A DNA stretch of 64,000 bases from Nitrospina sp. (GTDB lineage Bacteria > Nitrospinota > Nitrospinia > Nitrospinales > JACRGP01), in assembly GCA_024648695.1 (NCBI GenBank), contig JACAVV010000006.1:164458-228457 (forward strand), read 5' to 3'. The notes under the pieces were generated by a model, which saw nothing but the letters and a program-made list of their open reading frames with translations, made no database searches and was not told the origin of the DNA. Positions 41,193-50,913 of the stretch are shown piece by piece (position 1 is the stretch's first letter; each line of letters starts with the position of its first letter). The translations under genes were made by a program, and so were the position numbers.

Positions 41193-41204
41193 AAAGAAAA
41201 ATTC

Positions 41205-41822
41205 TTAAATTGAAATTATTTCAAAATGAGATTTTAACGAATCGAGTCCCTCTTTGACCCAATCCAGGTTTTTAAAAGAATCATCCTGAACGCTGTGAAT
41301 TCGAATAAGCTTGAGATAATCGTTTTCTTTCACTAGCGACCTGAGTTTTTCCTCAGAACATTCAGGGATACGAAAAAACTTTTCCTGTTCCCATTCCCAG
41401 GGTGTAGGTACAAAAGACAGGTAGGTTTCATTACAACTTACAATAGATTTATTTTGAATCAAATTCTCAGCAAATTCGTTCAGCCGATGCCCTTTAAGAA
41501 TCAGGGAAAACCCGAGATAATGCCCCCACCAAAATAAAACACGGAAAGTGAACATCTCAGTTTTGGAAAACATTTGCGGCATGTCCAGGGAACGAAACGG
41601 AAATCCGTTCAGGTTTTCGCCCCGAACTAAATGGCCTTCTATGATATCGGCTTCCTCTGGAATCAGGCCCTTGTAAGCGTCCAGTTCAAGGACGATGGCG
41701 TCTCTCAGAGCATTGAGGCGGTGCTCTGCTTTCTTTAATATTTGGGGCTTTATTTGAAACAATTCAGTATTTTGAAGCGTTTCAAATTCTTTCGCTTCCC
41801 AGGAATCTTCTAATGAATCCAT
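41205..41822 (-). CDS. Conserved hypothetical protein
   Basis: 205 aa with a distinctive RGEN..GFP...LD.P..FSK....FR.LFWWGH core; last gene of the motAB-pilZ run. Confidence 0.7.
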   Translation of the reverse strand: MDSLEDSWEAKEFETLQNTELFQIKPQILKKAEHRLNALRDAIVLELDAYKGLIPEEADIIEGHLVRGENLNGFPFRSLDMPQMFSKTEMFTFRVLFWWGHYLGFSLILKGHRLNEFAENLIQNKSIVSCNETYLSFVPTPWEWEQEKFFRIPECSEEKLRSLVKENDYLKLIRIHSVQDDSFKNLDWVKEGLDSLKSHFEIISI

Positions 41823-41853
41823 TTTTACCTAACTGGCAGAGGGGAGGAATGTT

Positions 41854-42243
41854 TCAAATGATTTGCTTTTTGCGAATTTCATACTTTTGCCGCTCCAATA
41901 CGTAAAGATGAATTTCCTCCTGCGCCTGCTTGCCAAGGCTCATGAAACGCGCATTGCAGGTTCCCTTATCGTCCATTCGCAGAATTTTCAATTGACCCTG
42001 AATTTCATCGGCTACTCCAGGTAGGGAAAACCGGATAGGATAGATCTGATTTAACTGAAAATCTTTGCCCATAAAAGCAACCCCTCCCGAACTGATGTCC
42101 AGGATAGGAACCGACTGCTCCTTAAATTGAAGAACCACCGGTTCATCCTCATGCGGTTTCACCCTGAAGGCATTTCTTGCCTGCTCGGGAATATTAAAAA
42201 GCTTTTTCGGCTCCTTATCTTTTTTTGGCTTTTTCCAAAACAA
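41854..42243 (-). CDS. Single-domain PilZ (c-di-GMP receptor)
   Basis: RNAFR (RxxxR) and DISSGG (DxSxxG); TTG start with AGGAGG 7 nt upstream, inside the end of motB. Confidence 0.9.
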   Translation of the reverse strand: MFWKKPKKDKEPKKLFNIPEQARNAFRVKPHEDEPVVLQFKEQSVPILDISSGGVAFMGKDFQLNQIYPIRFSLPGVADEIQGQLKILRMDDKGTCNARFMSLGKQAQEEIHLYVLERQKYEIRKKQII

Positions 42244-43732
42244 TTTCTACCCTCCTGTTTTTGGCTCGCCCCCAAACCGTATCATTGGGCGCTATGGGAA
42301 AAATATCAGCAAACCCCGTAGCTGTCAATCGAGTGGCATCAATGCCTTTATCCAGAAAATAACGCAAAACGGCAGTCGCTCGAGACGCCGACAATTCCCA
42401 ATTGGTGGGAAAGCGCGGCGATTCAATTGGCACATCGTCAGTATGCCCTTGAATATTGACCTGGTACTCGGGAAATTTCTTGCTGACTGCCACTATTTCA
42501 TCAAGGACCGCGCGAGCCTTCATTTGCAAATCGGATTCTCCCGGTTTGAACAGGGTTTGACCAGGGAGTCGCAAAACGATCCTGGACTTGTCTGTAGAAA
42601 CTGATAATTTTGAATCCAGGTTTCCACGTTGCAAAACCGTATTCATCTCTGAATAAATATCATTGGATTTCAAACCGGCCAAGTTGGCAATACGCTCATT
42701 TAAATTGACGCTGTCCAAAAGCTCCAGGAGACCCACACTCGCCGATTTCTGACCCATAATAGCGTTTTTAAATTTTTCCACGTTTCTGGCAGATAAAGAA
42801 TAATAAAGAATGAAAAGGGTCAACAACAATGTCGACATATCGGAAAATGTGATCATCCAAAAGGGAGCTGAAGGTTCTTCATCAATTAACTCATCCGACA
42901 TTTGCTTGATTTTCTTACGATCCCGATTGATCGCTTTCAACTTACTTTCCCATTCGGTTTCTAATTTATAGATTTCAGCATTCAATCGACGTTCAAATGT
43001 ATTTTTGTCTTCATCAAGTTTTTCTTTAAGTTCTTCCGTTTCTCTCCTTAAACGATTGCACTCATCTTCCAGGTCTTTTTGAATGGTTAATGCAATAGAG
43101 TCCTCTTCACCCGATTTCGAACTTTGAACTTCCAAATCCCTTAAATGGTCGAATTGTGACTTATTCTGGTCCAAAACCTTTTTATAAGAGTCGGCCAATT
43201 CATTCTTCTCATCCAACAACTTTTCGTACCGACCATTTATTTCCTCGAATTTTTGCTTTAATATGCCAACCTCTTTTTTTAAACTTTCTACCGCCTCCGG
43301 TTTTTCTCGAGCCTTTCGAATTGCTTTTGCTAGCAATTCCCGTTCCTTAACCAATTTCTTCTTTTCAAGTTGTTCGGCCTTTATCAATTTGCTCAATTGC
43401 TGGTTTTGTTCTTTTAAATCCTGAATCGTTTGTTCCAGATGAGGGTCTAACCGGGGACCTTCCGCCGACATTTCAGCAGGTGACTCAGGCGACTCCGTTT
43501 GGTCCGTTAGGCTTGGACGTCGAATGGACTTTAAGGCTTCATTCTTAATCTCAATTTGCTCTTTTAAATCGGATACCATCCTTTCCTTGATCGTCTGAAT
43601 TTCCTGGATCTTGGCCTCATAATGAACACTTTCTGAATTTTTTTTACGCAGTTCGCGATTCTTGGCCCGTAACTGCTCTTTTAATAGTTCAATATTTCTT
43701 TGGTTATCCATATTTAACAAGCCATCCTGCAA
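42215..43732 (-). CDS. motB: MotB/PomB-type stator subunit with a very long N-terminal coiled coil
   Basis: WMITFSDMSTLLLTLFIL TM with the essential Asp; OmpA-like domain (GHTDDVP, NWELSASRA, NRRVE); ~285 aa heptad-rich N-terminus; ATG at 43711 is an alternative start. Confidence 0.9.
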   Translation of the reverse strand: MQDGLLNMDNQRNIELLKEQLRAKNRELRKKNSESVHYEAKIQEIQTIKERMVSDLKEQIEIKNEALKSIRRPSLTDQTESPESPAEMSAEGPRLDPHLEQTIQDLKEQNQQLSKLIKAEQLEKKKLVKERELLAKAIRKAREKPEAVESLKKEVGILKQKFEEINGRYEKLLDEKNELADSYKKVLDQNKSQFDHLRDLEVQSSKSGEEDSIALTIQKDLEDECNRLRRETEELKEKLDEDKNTFERRLNAEIYKLETEWESKLKAINRDRKKIKQMSDELIDEEPSAPFWMITFSDMSTLLLTLFILYYSLSARNVEKFKNAIMGQKSASVGLLELLDSVNLNERIANLAGLKSNDIYSEMNTVLQRGNLDSKLSVSTDKSRIVLRLPGQTLFKPGESDLQMKARAVLDEIVAVSKKFPEYQVNIQGHTDDVPIESPRFPTNWELSASRATAVLRYFLDKGIDATRLTATGFADIFPIAPNDTVWGRAKNRRVEIVLEKAKKR

Positions 43733-43733
43733 A

Positions 43734-44492
43734 TTACTGATTCATGGGCCTTCTGAGTTTTGTGGGAATATAGGATGAAAGCTTTTCATAAACGGCAATG
43801 GGGTTGTTATTTTCCAATATCGAAACACCTCCCTCAAAAATAATTTGCAGGTTGATAACCTCAAGAACCGTCCGCGCCTTTAGTTTGCCTGCTATGGGAA
43901 GAAAAAATAGGGTCGATAAAATAGACCCATAAAGAGTGGTCAACAAAGCCACGGCCATGGCGGGACCCACGGTTTCCGGATTGGATAATTCATTGAGCAT
44001 TTGCACCAGTCCAATCAAGGTTCCGATCATGCCAAAGGAAGGCGAGTAAATAGCCATTTTTTTGAAAACGTCCTGAATAATAAAATGACGCTGTTTCATG
44101 GAATCGATTTCAATTTGCAAGGTGTCACGAATGATTTCTTCCTTGGAACCATCAGAAATCATAATGCATGCTTTTTTGAGGAAGTTTGACTCGGTTTCAA
44201 TTTTGCTTAAAGCCAATAAACCCGCTCTGCGGCTTAGAGTACAGAGCTCTAACATGGTAGCGACCATGTCATTGGGGTCTTCGCGTTTTTCAGAGAAAAC
44301 AAGAATGGCGGCTTGAAAAGCCGTTTTTACATCTTTTAGCTGAAAGGTTATCAAGGTTGCCGCGATGGTTCCGCCAAGGACGATCATGACTCCCGGCAAA
44401 TTCACGAAATTTAAAAGTTCTCCACTAAGAAAAATTGCCGTGATAATCAGTGAAATACCAGAAAGTATTCCAACAAAGGAACCTAAATCCAC
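43734..44492 (-). CDS. motA: MotA/PomA-type stator subunit
   Basis: MDL....G, IVLGGT, PSFGMIGTLIGLVQML, GPAMAVALLTTLYG, LPIAGKL; GTG start. Confidence 0.93.
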   Translation of the reverse strand: MDLGSFVGILSGISLIITAIFLSGELLNFVNLPGVMIVLGGTIAATLITFQLKDVKTAFQAAILVFSEKREDPNDMVATMLELCTLSRRAGLLALSKIETESNFLKKACIMISDGSKEEIIRDTLQIEIDSMKQRHFIIQDVFKKMAIYSPSFGMIGTLIGLVQMLNELSNPETVGPAMAVALLTTLYGSILSTLFFLPIAGKLKARTVLEVINLQIIFEGGVSILENNNPIAVYEKLSSYIPTKLRRPMNQ

Positions 44493-44839
44493 CCTTGGTC
44501 ACCTCGAAAAGTCTAATGTTTTCAATTAGTTTGGATAATCGACTGTACCATGAAGCCTTCCGGGATTCAACAGCTTCCTTAAAGCTTCTTAAGCCGCAAA
44601 TCACCTTGTCATAATTTCGGAAGCACCCCTAAAGATTCCCAAAAAACAAAGTATGATTTTATTTTTCAATGGCCTACGTTATGTATCGGACTTTTTTTAC
44701 AACAGATAAGGAAGTAAAGGGATAAATCGCCTGTTTTGGCCATTTAGGTAGGGGATCTCGCGAGTGGTAATCATCGCGGATGGCAATTTCGGGTCCGTTA
44801 AAATTTTTGGGAAAGTAAAATCTGGGATAACTAGCCAGG

Positions 44840-45994
44840 TTATTGGGTTACCTGCCTCATCTGCTTAACCAGGACGGTGATTTTATTCGCTACCGTTTCC
44901 AAATCTTCTGTGGATATTCCCCACCCCATACTGATCCTTATAATGGATTGAATATCCTTTTCTGGCAGTTTCATAGCTGTCAGAACAGCGGATGGCAAAA
45001 CGGTTCCGGAACTGCAGGCGGTTCCAGTGGAAACGGAAACACCTTCCATGTCCAATGCGATCATTAATGATTCCCCCACCACTCCGGGAAACCCTAAACT
45101 AAGGGTGTTCGGCAAACGAAAAGTCGGGTGACCATAACATCTGACATCTGGCAATTCCTTTTTAATTTGCAAAAGCAGAGATTCCCTGAGGTCTTCCAGG
45201 CAAGGGTCCGGCTCATTTTCTAATCGGGATTGGGCAAGTTCGCATGCCTTGGCCAGACCGACGATTCCGGCTACATTTTCGGTACCACCGCGGCGTTTTT
45301 TTTCCTGTCCTCCTCCTGAAATAAGCGGTACCAAAGGGGACAATCCTTTTCGAATAAATAAGGCACCCACACCTTTTGGACCATACAGTTTGTGTGCAGA
45401 AAGGGATAACATATCTACCGGAGTATCCGCGAGATTCCAGGGTAGTTTTCCAACTGTTTGAACGGCATCGACGTGAAATGGAATTCCCATACTTCGAGCC
45501 ATTTCACCCATGCCTTGAATATTCTGCAAGGTCCCAATTTCACTATTGGCGTGTTGAACGGATAGCAAGGCTGTGTCTTTCCGAAGCATCGACTGCAGTT
45601 CGTCCATATCCACAATGCCATTACAATCTACCGATACGTAATCGACCTCAAAGCCCAATCGCTCCAAATCACTGCAAACATTCAGTACCGACGGATGCTC
45701 AATCTGACTTGTAACAATATGTCGACCCCGTCTTTTTTCTGACCAGGCCAAGCCCTTGATAGCCATGTTATTCGATTCGCTTCCGCCACTTGTAAAAACG
45801 ATTTCGGTGGGTTGCGCTCCTAATAAACTCGCGACAACTTCTCTGGATTCATCCAGGCGCACCCTTGCTGTCCGGCCCTGACTGTGAATGCTGGAAGGAT
45901 TGCCAAAATGTTCTTTCAGAATCGGAAGCATCGCTTCCAATACTTCCGGATGCAGGGGCGTTGTTGCATTATGGTCCAGATAAATCGTTTTCAC
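44840..45994 (-). CDS. Cysteine desulfurase (IscS/NifS family)
   Basis: YLDHNATTP, FTSGGSESNN, SAHKLYGPKG (PLP Lys), STGTACSSG (catalytic Cys). Confidence 0.95.
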   Translation of the reverse strand: MKTIYLDHNATTPLHPEVLEAMLPILKEHFGNPSSIHSQGRTARVRLDESREVVASLLGAQPTEIVFTSGGSESNNMAIKGLAWSEKRRGRHIVTSQIEHPSVLNVCSDLERLGFEVDYVSVDCNGIVDMDELQSMLRKDTALLSVQHANSEIGTLQNIQGMGEMARSMGIPFHVDAVQTVGKLPWNLADTPVDMLSLSAHKLYGPKGVGALFIRKGLSPLVPLISGGGQEKKRRGGTENVAGIVGLAKACELAQSRLENEPDPCLEDLRESLLLQIKKELPDVRCYGHPTFRLPNTLSLGFPGVVGESLMIALDMEGVSVSTGTACSSGTVLPSAVLTAMKLPEKDIQSIIRISMGWGISTEDLETVANKITVLVKQMRQVTQ

Positions 45995-46065
45995 GAAAAG
46001 TACGAATGAATAGGTTGGATGGAAGAAAGGGTCAATAAATCAGGCAAGGCACCCGAAAAAAGATG

Positions 46066-46797
46066 TCAGGAAGAATGGCCGCTGGAAACTTTTTTCATGG
46101 GTTTGCTGGATAAAGAAATAGGCTTCTGTGTCGGAGGCGTATCTGATTTTTTATGGAGCTCTTCCTTCAACAACCGGATTTCTTTTTCCATTTGGGGCAA
46201 ACGTTCCAGCATACATTCAATGGCTCGCGCCACAGGGTCGGGGAAAGTCTCTTCACCTGTGTCATTTTCATCTTCAGAAGAAACGCCTGAAAATACAACG
46301 CGTCCAGGAACTCCGATCACAGTCGAATATTCCGGAACATTCTGAAGGACCACTGAACCGGAGCCTATTTTGGTATTGTCTCCAATGTTGACAGGTCCTA
46401 AAACCTGGGCACCTGCTCCAAGCACTACATTATTTCCTATAGTCGGATGCCGCTTTCCCTTTTTGGTGCTCAACCCACCCAAAGTGACCCCGTGATAGAG
46501 AAAAACATTATCCCCCACTACTGAAGTTTCCCCAATCACCACACCCATTCCATGGTCAATAAAAAATCGATTGCCGATTTGAGCCGCAGGATGAATTTCA
46601 ATCCCCGTGAACCATCTTGCAAAAAACGAAATAAAACGACCAATAAAATAAAAATTCTTTTTCCAAAACCAATGGGCGCACCTATAGGCCAAAAGGGCAT
46701 GGACTCCAGGGTAACAAATAATTACCTCAAGATAACCTCTTGATGACGGGTCCTTTTCCAGGGCAACTTCGATATCTTCTTTAATTTGTTTTAGCAT
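46066..46797 (-). CDS. cysE: Serine O-acetyltransferase
   Basis: DP......E....[33 protein letters not shown]; start set at the ATG at 46797. Confidence 0.96.
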   Translation of the reverse strand: MLKQIKEDIEVALEKDPSSRGYLEVIICYPGVHALLAYRCAHWFWKKNFYFIGRFISFFARWFTGIEIHPAAQIGNRFFIDHGMGVVIGETSVVGDNVFLYHGVTLGGLSTKKGKRHPTIGNNVVLGAGAQVLGPVNIGDNTKIGSGSVVLQNVPEYSTVIGVPGRVVFSGVSSEDENDTGEETFPDPVARAIECMLERLPQMEKEIRLLKEELHKKSDTPPTQKPISLSSKPMKKVSSGHSS

Positions 46798-46917
46798 GCA
46801 AACCAAAATTTTTTGGGGAAATATATATAAGTTATATAGTACCACAGTTAATCCGGTCAATACCAACAACTTACTATTTTATAAGGAAATGGAACCCTTG
46901 ATAAAGAACGAAAGTTA

Positions 46918-47175
46918 TCACATCAAATGTTTTAATATTTTACCCTCATCCGGTAAACCCAATGAACATCCCCCCTTGGAATCATCTAATCTTTCTCCAA
47001 AAACCAGAGAACCATTTATTATTATTGAAGGTGAACTGAAATATTTATAGGGGTGACCTTCCGGGAGTTGCGTTTGTTCGATTTCTTCAAACTCAGCCCC
47101 AAGTCGGACCAATATGGTTCTGGCTAATTCATAATTAGGACAACCCGCAAAAAATAAAAATTTTAAGGAATTCAT
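46918..47175 (-). CDS. Small thioredoxin/glutaredoxin-like protein (monothiol GCPNY)
   Basis: LFFAGCPNY, SPSIIING, C-terminal C..GLP. Confidence 0.65.
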   Translation of the reverse strand: MNSLKFLFFAGCPNYELARTILVRLGAEFEEIEQTQLPEGHPYKYFSSPSIIINGSLVFGERLDDSKGGCSLGLPDEGKILKHLM

Positions 47176-47182
47176 TTTACTC

Positions 47183-47213
47183 AAAAAAAAACCCCGCCCA
47201 TTAACAGGCGGGG
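47183..47213 (-). terminator. Intrinsic terminator after the glycine-zipper gene
   Basis: CCCCGCC-8 nt-GGCGGGG followed by U9 on the minus strand. Confidence 0.85.
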
Positions 47214-47242
47214 CAACAAATTATAAAAACTAAAAAAGAAAT

Positions 47243-47638
47243 TTAATTAATTACATTGTGACCCCGGTTGCGCATGCAATTTTTATAAGATTCTTCATAA
47301 CGCTCTTCAGCGCTCAAACCTTTTTTGGCACCACCACCAATTCCCCCAGCCGCCGCGCCGATAGCTGCGCCTTGTCCAGGATTCCCAACAGCGGCCCCGA
47401 TAGCGGCGCCAGCGGCGGCACCAATCAAACCACCCACAACAGCACCTTTAGCCGTTTCCTTGGCGGTCCCTTGAGAAGCCTGATCGGCTAAACGTTCACA
47501 GTCCGCCATATCCCGACTGATGTTTTGAGCATTGGGATCCCCATAAGTATCCACCGTTGGCTGATACCCGCCTCTTGAGGAACAAGCAGAGGCCAGAAAA
47601 AGAGCCATCAATACTAAAATAAATTCCTTTTTTAACAT
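47243..47638 (-). CDS. Glycine-zipper lipoprotein
   Basis: Lipobox ASAC, GAVVGGLIGAAAGAAIGAA zipper, C...CMRNRG. Confidence 0.9.
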   Translation of the reverse strand: MLKKEFILVLMALFLASACSSRGGYQPTVDTYGDPNAQNISRDMADCERLADQASQGTAKETAKGAVVGGLIGAAAGAAIGAAVGNPGQGAAIGAAAGGIGGGAKKGLSAEERYEESYKNCMRNRGHNVIN

Positions 47639-47683
47639 GTTTGTCTCCTTATGTTATTCTTCTTACCCAAAGAACTTTGTTGC

Positions 47684-47736
47684 AGTTTAAATAAATCTCT
47701 GAAACTTGTCAAACAGATTTAAAAATCAATTAATTA
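47684..47736 (-). promoter_or_regulatory. Sigma70 promoter for the lipoprotein with an adjacent IHF site
   Basis: Minus strand TTGACA-17 nt-TAAACT (47712-47684); AATCAA-TTAA-TTA at 47724-47736. Confidence 0.55.
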
Positions 47737-47777
47737 CCTGATTTTCCGTAAATCGGAAAATGGAGTTTTGCTAACCC

Positions 47778-48350
47778 ATGGAAGAAAACAACCCTTTTGA
47801 AAACCCTTTATTTAAAAACCTGGAACAATTAAGAGAAGATCTGGACTCGCATTTTTTAAATAACTTTCAACGCATCGTTCCTTTTTCTGAAGCGCTTGGA
47901 AACAGGTGGAAAAAAGCGGAACGGCTGGGTTTTCCAAAAGGATGCAACATCCACGATTTAAGCTATATCATAGGTAACGTCCAAATTGGCAAAGACACTT
48001 ATGTGGGACCCTACACATTTTTAGATGGTAGTGGCGGATTAGACATAGGCGACAATTGCTCGATTTCTGCCGGTGTACAAATTTACTCCCACGATAGCTT
48101 GAAATGGGCGCTTTCAGGGGGCAAAAAAGATTATGACAAAGCCGCCGTATCCATAGGTTCTCATTGTTACCTGGGACCTAATTGTGTGGTTTCCAAAGGT
48201 GTGACTTTAGGAAATAAATGCCTTGTGGGAGCTTTTTCCCTAGTCAATCAAAACTTTCCTGATAAATCAATTATCATGGGAGTTCCTGCAATAAGAAAGG
48301 GAACCGTTATCATTAACGAACAGGGCGATGTCCACCTTGATTATGATTAA
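47778..48350 (+). CDS. Hexapeptide-repeat (LbetaH) acyltransferase
   Basis: IGKDTYVGP, LDGSGGLDIGDNCSISAGVQIYSHD, GVPA. Confidence 0.9.
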   Translation: MEENNPFENPLFKNLEQLREDLDSHFLNNFQRIVPFSEALGNRWKKAERLGFPKGCNIHDLSYIIGNVQIGKDTYVGPYTFLDGSGGLDIGDNCSISAGVQIYSHDSLKWALSGGKKDYDKAAVSIGSHCYLGPNCVVSKGVTLGNKCLVGAFSLVNQNFPDKSIIMGVPAIRKGTVIINEQGDVHLDYD

Positions 48351-48367
48351 AGCCTGAGACGATTTTC

Positions 48368-49168
48368 TTACAAGTCCTTAATATTTGCAGGCAATCCACC
48401 CTCCCCTGAATCTTCCTGGTGATATTGGGCCAGTATTTCCGCTTCTGTTTCCTTGTCCGTTGAACGGTATACCCGGATGGTTTGAAATGCATCTGTTTGC
48501 TGAACCCGAATCAGTCCCAGCCGCATCAGCTCCAAAATAGCTAAAAACAGGACGATGACTTCCTGTCTCGTATTGACAGGAGTGAACAAGGATTCAAACG
48601 TAACGCTTTCTGCCGAGGATAAAATTTCCAGCACGTAAGTGATACGATCTGAAACCGAAAGCGTGGTGACTTCAATTTCATAATCTTTTTTAAGGTTTTT
48701 CTTCTTAATAATTTTCTGGAACGCATTCAACAAATCAAATGGGGACACATTCGAGATGTCTACCTCTTCCGAAAGGTCTGGCAGGGTCGGTCCATGACGG
48801 GCAAACACTTGCTGTTTATCGAATTCTTTCTTCCTCAATTCAAAAGCCGCTTCCTTGAATCGCTTATATTCCAGCAATCGGCGTGTCAATTCGACACGAG
48901 GATCTTCACCTTCCTCTTCGGTCTCGCCTTCAACTTCCTGCCGGGGCAGAAGCATTTTTGACTTGATCCGAGCCAACTCGGAAGCCATCAACAAATATTC
49001 CCCAGCCACATCGAGATTCAGGTCCTGCATGATATCCAGGTACTCCATGTACTGCTTGGTGATGTCCAAAATGGGAACATCATAGATATCCATTTTCTGC
49101 TCCTTGATCAAAAAAAGAAGCAGGTCCAGGGGTCCTTCAAAAATATCGATATTCAATCGCCAATTCAT
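48368..49168 (-). CDS. scpA: Segregation and condensation protein A
   Basis: FEGPLDLLLFLI, EYLLMASEL..IKSKMLLP, LLEYKRFK, FLAILEL. Confidence 0.96.
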   Translation of the reverse strand: MNWRLNIDIFEGPLDLLLFLIKEQKMDIYDVPILDITKQYMEYLDIMQDLNLDVAGEYLLMASELARIKSKMLLPRQEVEGETEEEGEDPRVELTRRLLEYKRFKEAAFELRKKEFDKQQVFARHGPTLPDLSEEVDISNVSPFDLLNAFQKIIKKKNLKKDYEIEVTTLSVSDRITYVLEILSSAESVTFESLFTPVNTRQEVIVLFLAILELMRLGLIRVQQTDAFQTIRVYRSTDKETEAEILAQYHQEDSGEGGLPANIKDL

Positions 49169-49180
49169 GACAGTTCCTAT

Positions 49181-49915
49181 TTAAAGATCGCCCCACAGGT
49201 TTTGCAGAATGGACAATACAGCTATGGGGGCCGTTTCAGCTCTCAGTCTTCTGGGTCCCAAACTCACTGTTTGAAATCCGAACCTGCGTGCTTTATCGAT
49301 TTCTTCATCGGTGATGCCACCTTCAGGTCCAGTAAAAAAAACGATGGTTGCAACATCGGCTGTATCTAAATCCTTTATTTTTTGCCGGGTTTCTTTTTCC
49401 CAAATAGCCAGCTTGATATCATCTTCGCAAAAGTTTTCACAAAACGTTTCCAAGGATACTATATTTGGGCTGATTAAAGGAACCCGTCTGCGCCCGCATT
49501 GTTTGCAGGCCTCCTGCATAATGCGTTGCCAGCGGGAAATTTTTTCAGAGGAGGGCGTTTTCCCCGGTTTTACCACCGAGCGATCGAACTCAATGGGATA
49601 CAGGGCATGAACTCCCAGTTCGGTAGCCATTCTTATAAAATGGTCGTTCTTGTTTCCTTTGATCAAGGGAAACCCAACATTGATTTTCACCGGGGACTCG
49701 GTATCAATCGACTCTTTACCCAGCACTTCTCCCAAAATACGATTTTTCCCCACCTCCAACAGCTTGACTTTAAAACAGGATCCTTTGCCGTCCATCACCA
49801 AAATGGGGTCGCCCGTTTTCAACCTGAGAACGGTGTGAATATGAACCGCTTCACTGCCTTGAATCTCTACCTTATCCCCCGAAAAACATTTGGGCTCCGC
49901 AAAGAAACGGTTCAT
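49181..49915 (-). CDS. rsmE: 16S rRNA m3U1498 methyltransferase
   Basis: H...VLR, TELGV, EACKQCGR, GPEGG, LGPRRLRAETA. Confidence 0.95.
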   Translation of the reverse strand: MNRFFAEPKCFSGDKVEIQGSEAVHIHTVLRLKTGDPILVMDGKGSCFKVKLLEVGKNRILGEVLGKESIDTESPVKINVGFPLIKGNKNDHFIRMATELGVHALYPIEFDRSVVKPGKTPSSEKISRWQRIMQEACKQCGRRRVPLISPNIVSLETFCENFCEDDIKLAIWEKETRQKIKDLDTADVATIVFFTGPEGGITDEEIDKARRFGFQTVSLGPRRLRAETAPIAVLSILQNLWGDL

Positions 49916-49918
49916 AAA

Positions 49919-50653
49919 TCAAATTACCGATGAACAACTTCTCAATTCAGGAACCTCTTCTAGGGATTTCAGAATGAAATTAGGCTCAATCCCATCACAA
50001 GCAATTTCATCATTTCGATTGATCCAGGCCGTTTTCATACCCACTTTTTGTGCACCCTCTATATCATTTTTTATATTATCACCTACAAACAAAACCTCTG
50101 CCGGTGCGACATCAAAATAACTGAGGGCCAAATGAAAAATACTGGAATGGGGTTTACGAAAGGGTACTTCGCTGGAATAAATGGCGAACATGAAATAGGA
50201 AGCCAGTCCTGCCTTTCGACACTCCATGCGTTTTATAAAGCCGGGGTTTGTTGTATTAGAAACGATCCCCATTGGAATACCCATCGCCTGTAAAGCGTTG
50301 AGACAAACGGGAGTGTCGGGAAAAACTATTCGGGGTTTGAATACTTCTTCATAATACACGGTCAAAACTTCTTTGATGGTGGCCTTTTCCTTCCAATCAA
50401 AAATTTCATAATCAAGAATGTACTCCAACACCTGTTGGTAAGTGGCCTCACGATGAGTGGTCCTCGAAATTGCCCTCATAGTATCGAAAATTTCCTGGGA
50501 CACCTTGAACGCCTTGTTTTTATCAGAGAATTCAAAACCCTTCTCTTCAAAAAATTCACAAACTTTCATAAAAGGAGGCAAGGGGTTTTCATCTACCAGA
50601 TCAACCAGGGTAAACGCCCAATCGAATATTACGGCTTTAAATGGAAAGGTCAT
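49919..50653 (-). CDS. HAD family hydrolase
   Basis: IFDWAFTL, IVSNT, RKP, FVGDNIKNDIEGA. Confidence 0.9.
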   Translation of the reverse strand: MTFPFKAVIFDWAFTLVDLVDENPLPPFMKVCEFFEEKGFEFSDKNKAFKVSQEIFDTMRAISRTTHREATYQQVLEYILDYEIFDWKEKATIKEVLTVYYEEVFKPRIVFPDTPVCLNALQAMGIPMGIVSNTTNPGFIKRMECRKAGLASYFMFAIYSSEVPFRKPHSSIFHLALSYFDVAPAEVLFVGDNIKNDIEGAQKVGMKTAWINRNDEIACDGIEPNFILKSLEEVPELRSCSSVI

Positions 50654-50913
50654 CTTGACGATTTGTGAAGTGTTGTTTTTGTATCGAAATTGAATGGATA
50701 CCCGCGCAGGAAACTCAATAACAAGGTTAGGAGGTACTTAAATAATTCAATAATTACAATAAGATAATAAAAATTAGGATAGGCTGGACAAAACTGGAAT
50801 TACGGAGTCGAACGTGAAAAAACAATAAATAAACCCTATTCCTTTTTGCTATAAGGTATAATTACAAGGTCATAATAACACAAAAATTAAGGAAACCCCA
50901 ACTCGCCCTGTTT

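Noticed and set aside
41205-44492. Canonical Zorya defence system
   Set aside because: The A subunit is a normal-length MotA/PomA with no tail, and there are no zorC/D/E-like helicase or nuclease genes; kept only as an analogy.
44493-44839. sigma54 or sigma28 promoter for motA
   Set aside because: Only partial matches (GTCGATTA, TCCGATAC) with no acceptable -35 or -24 element.
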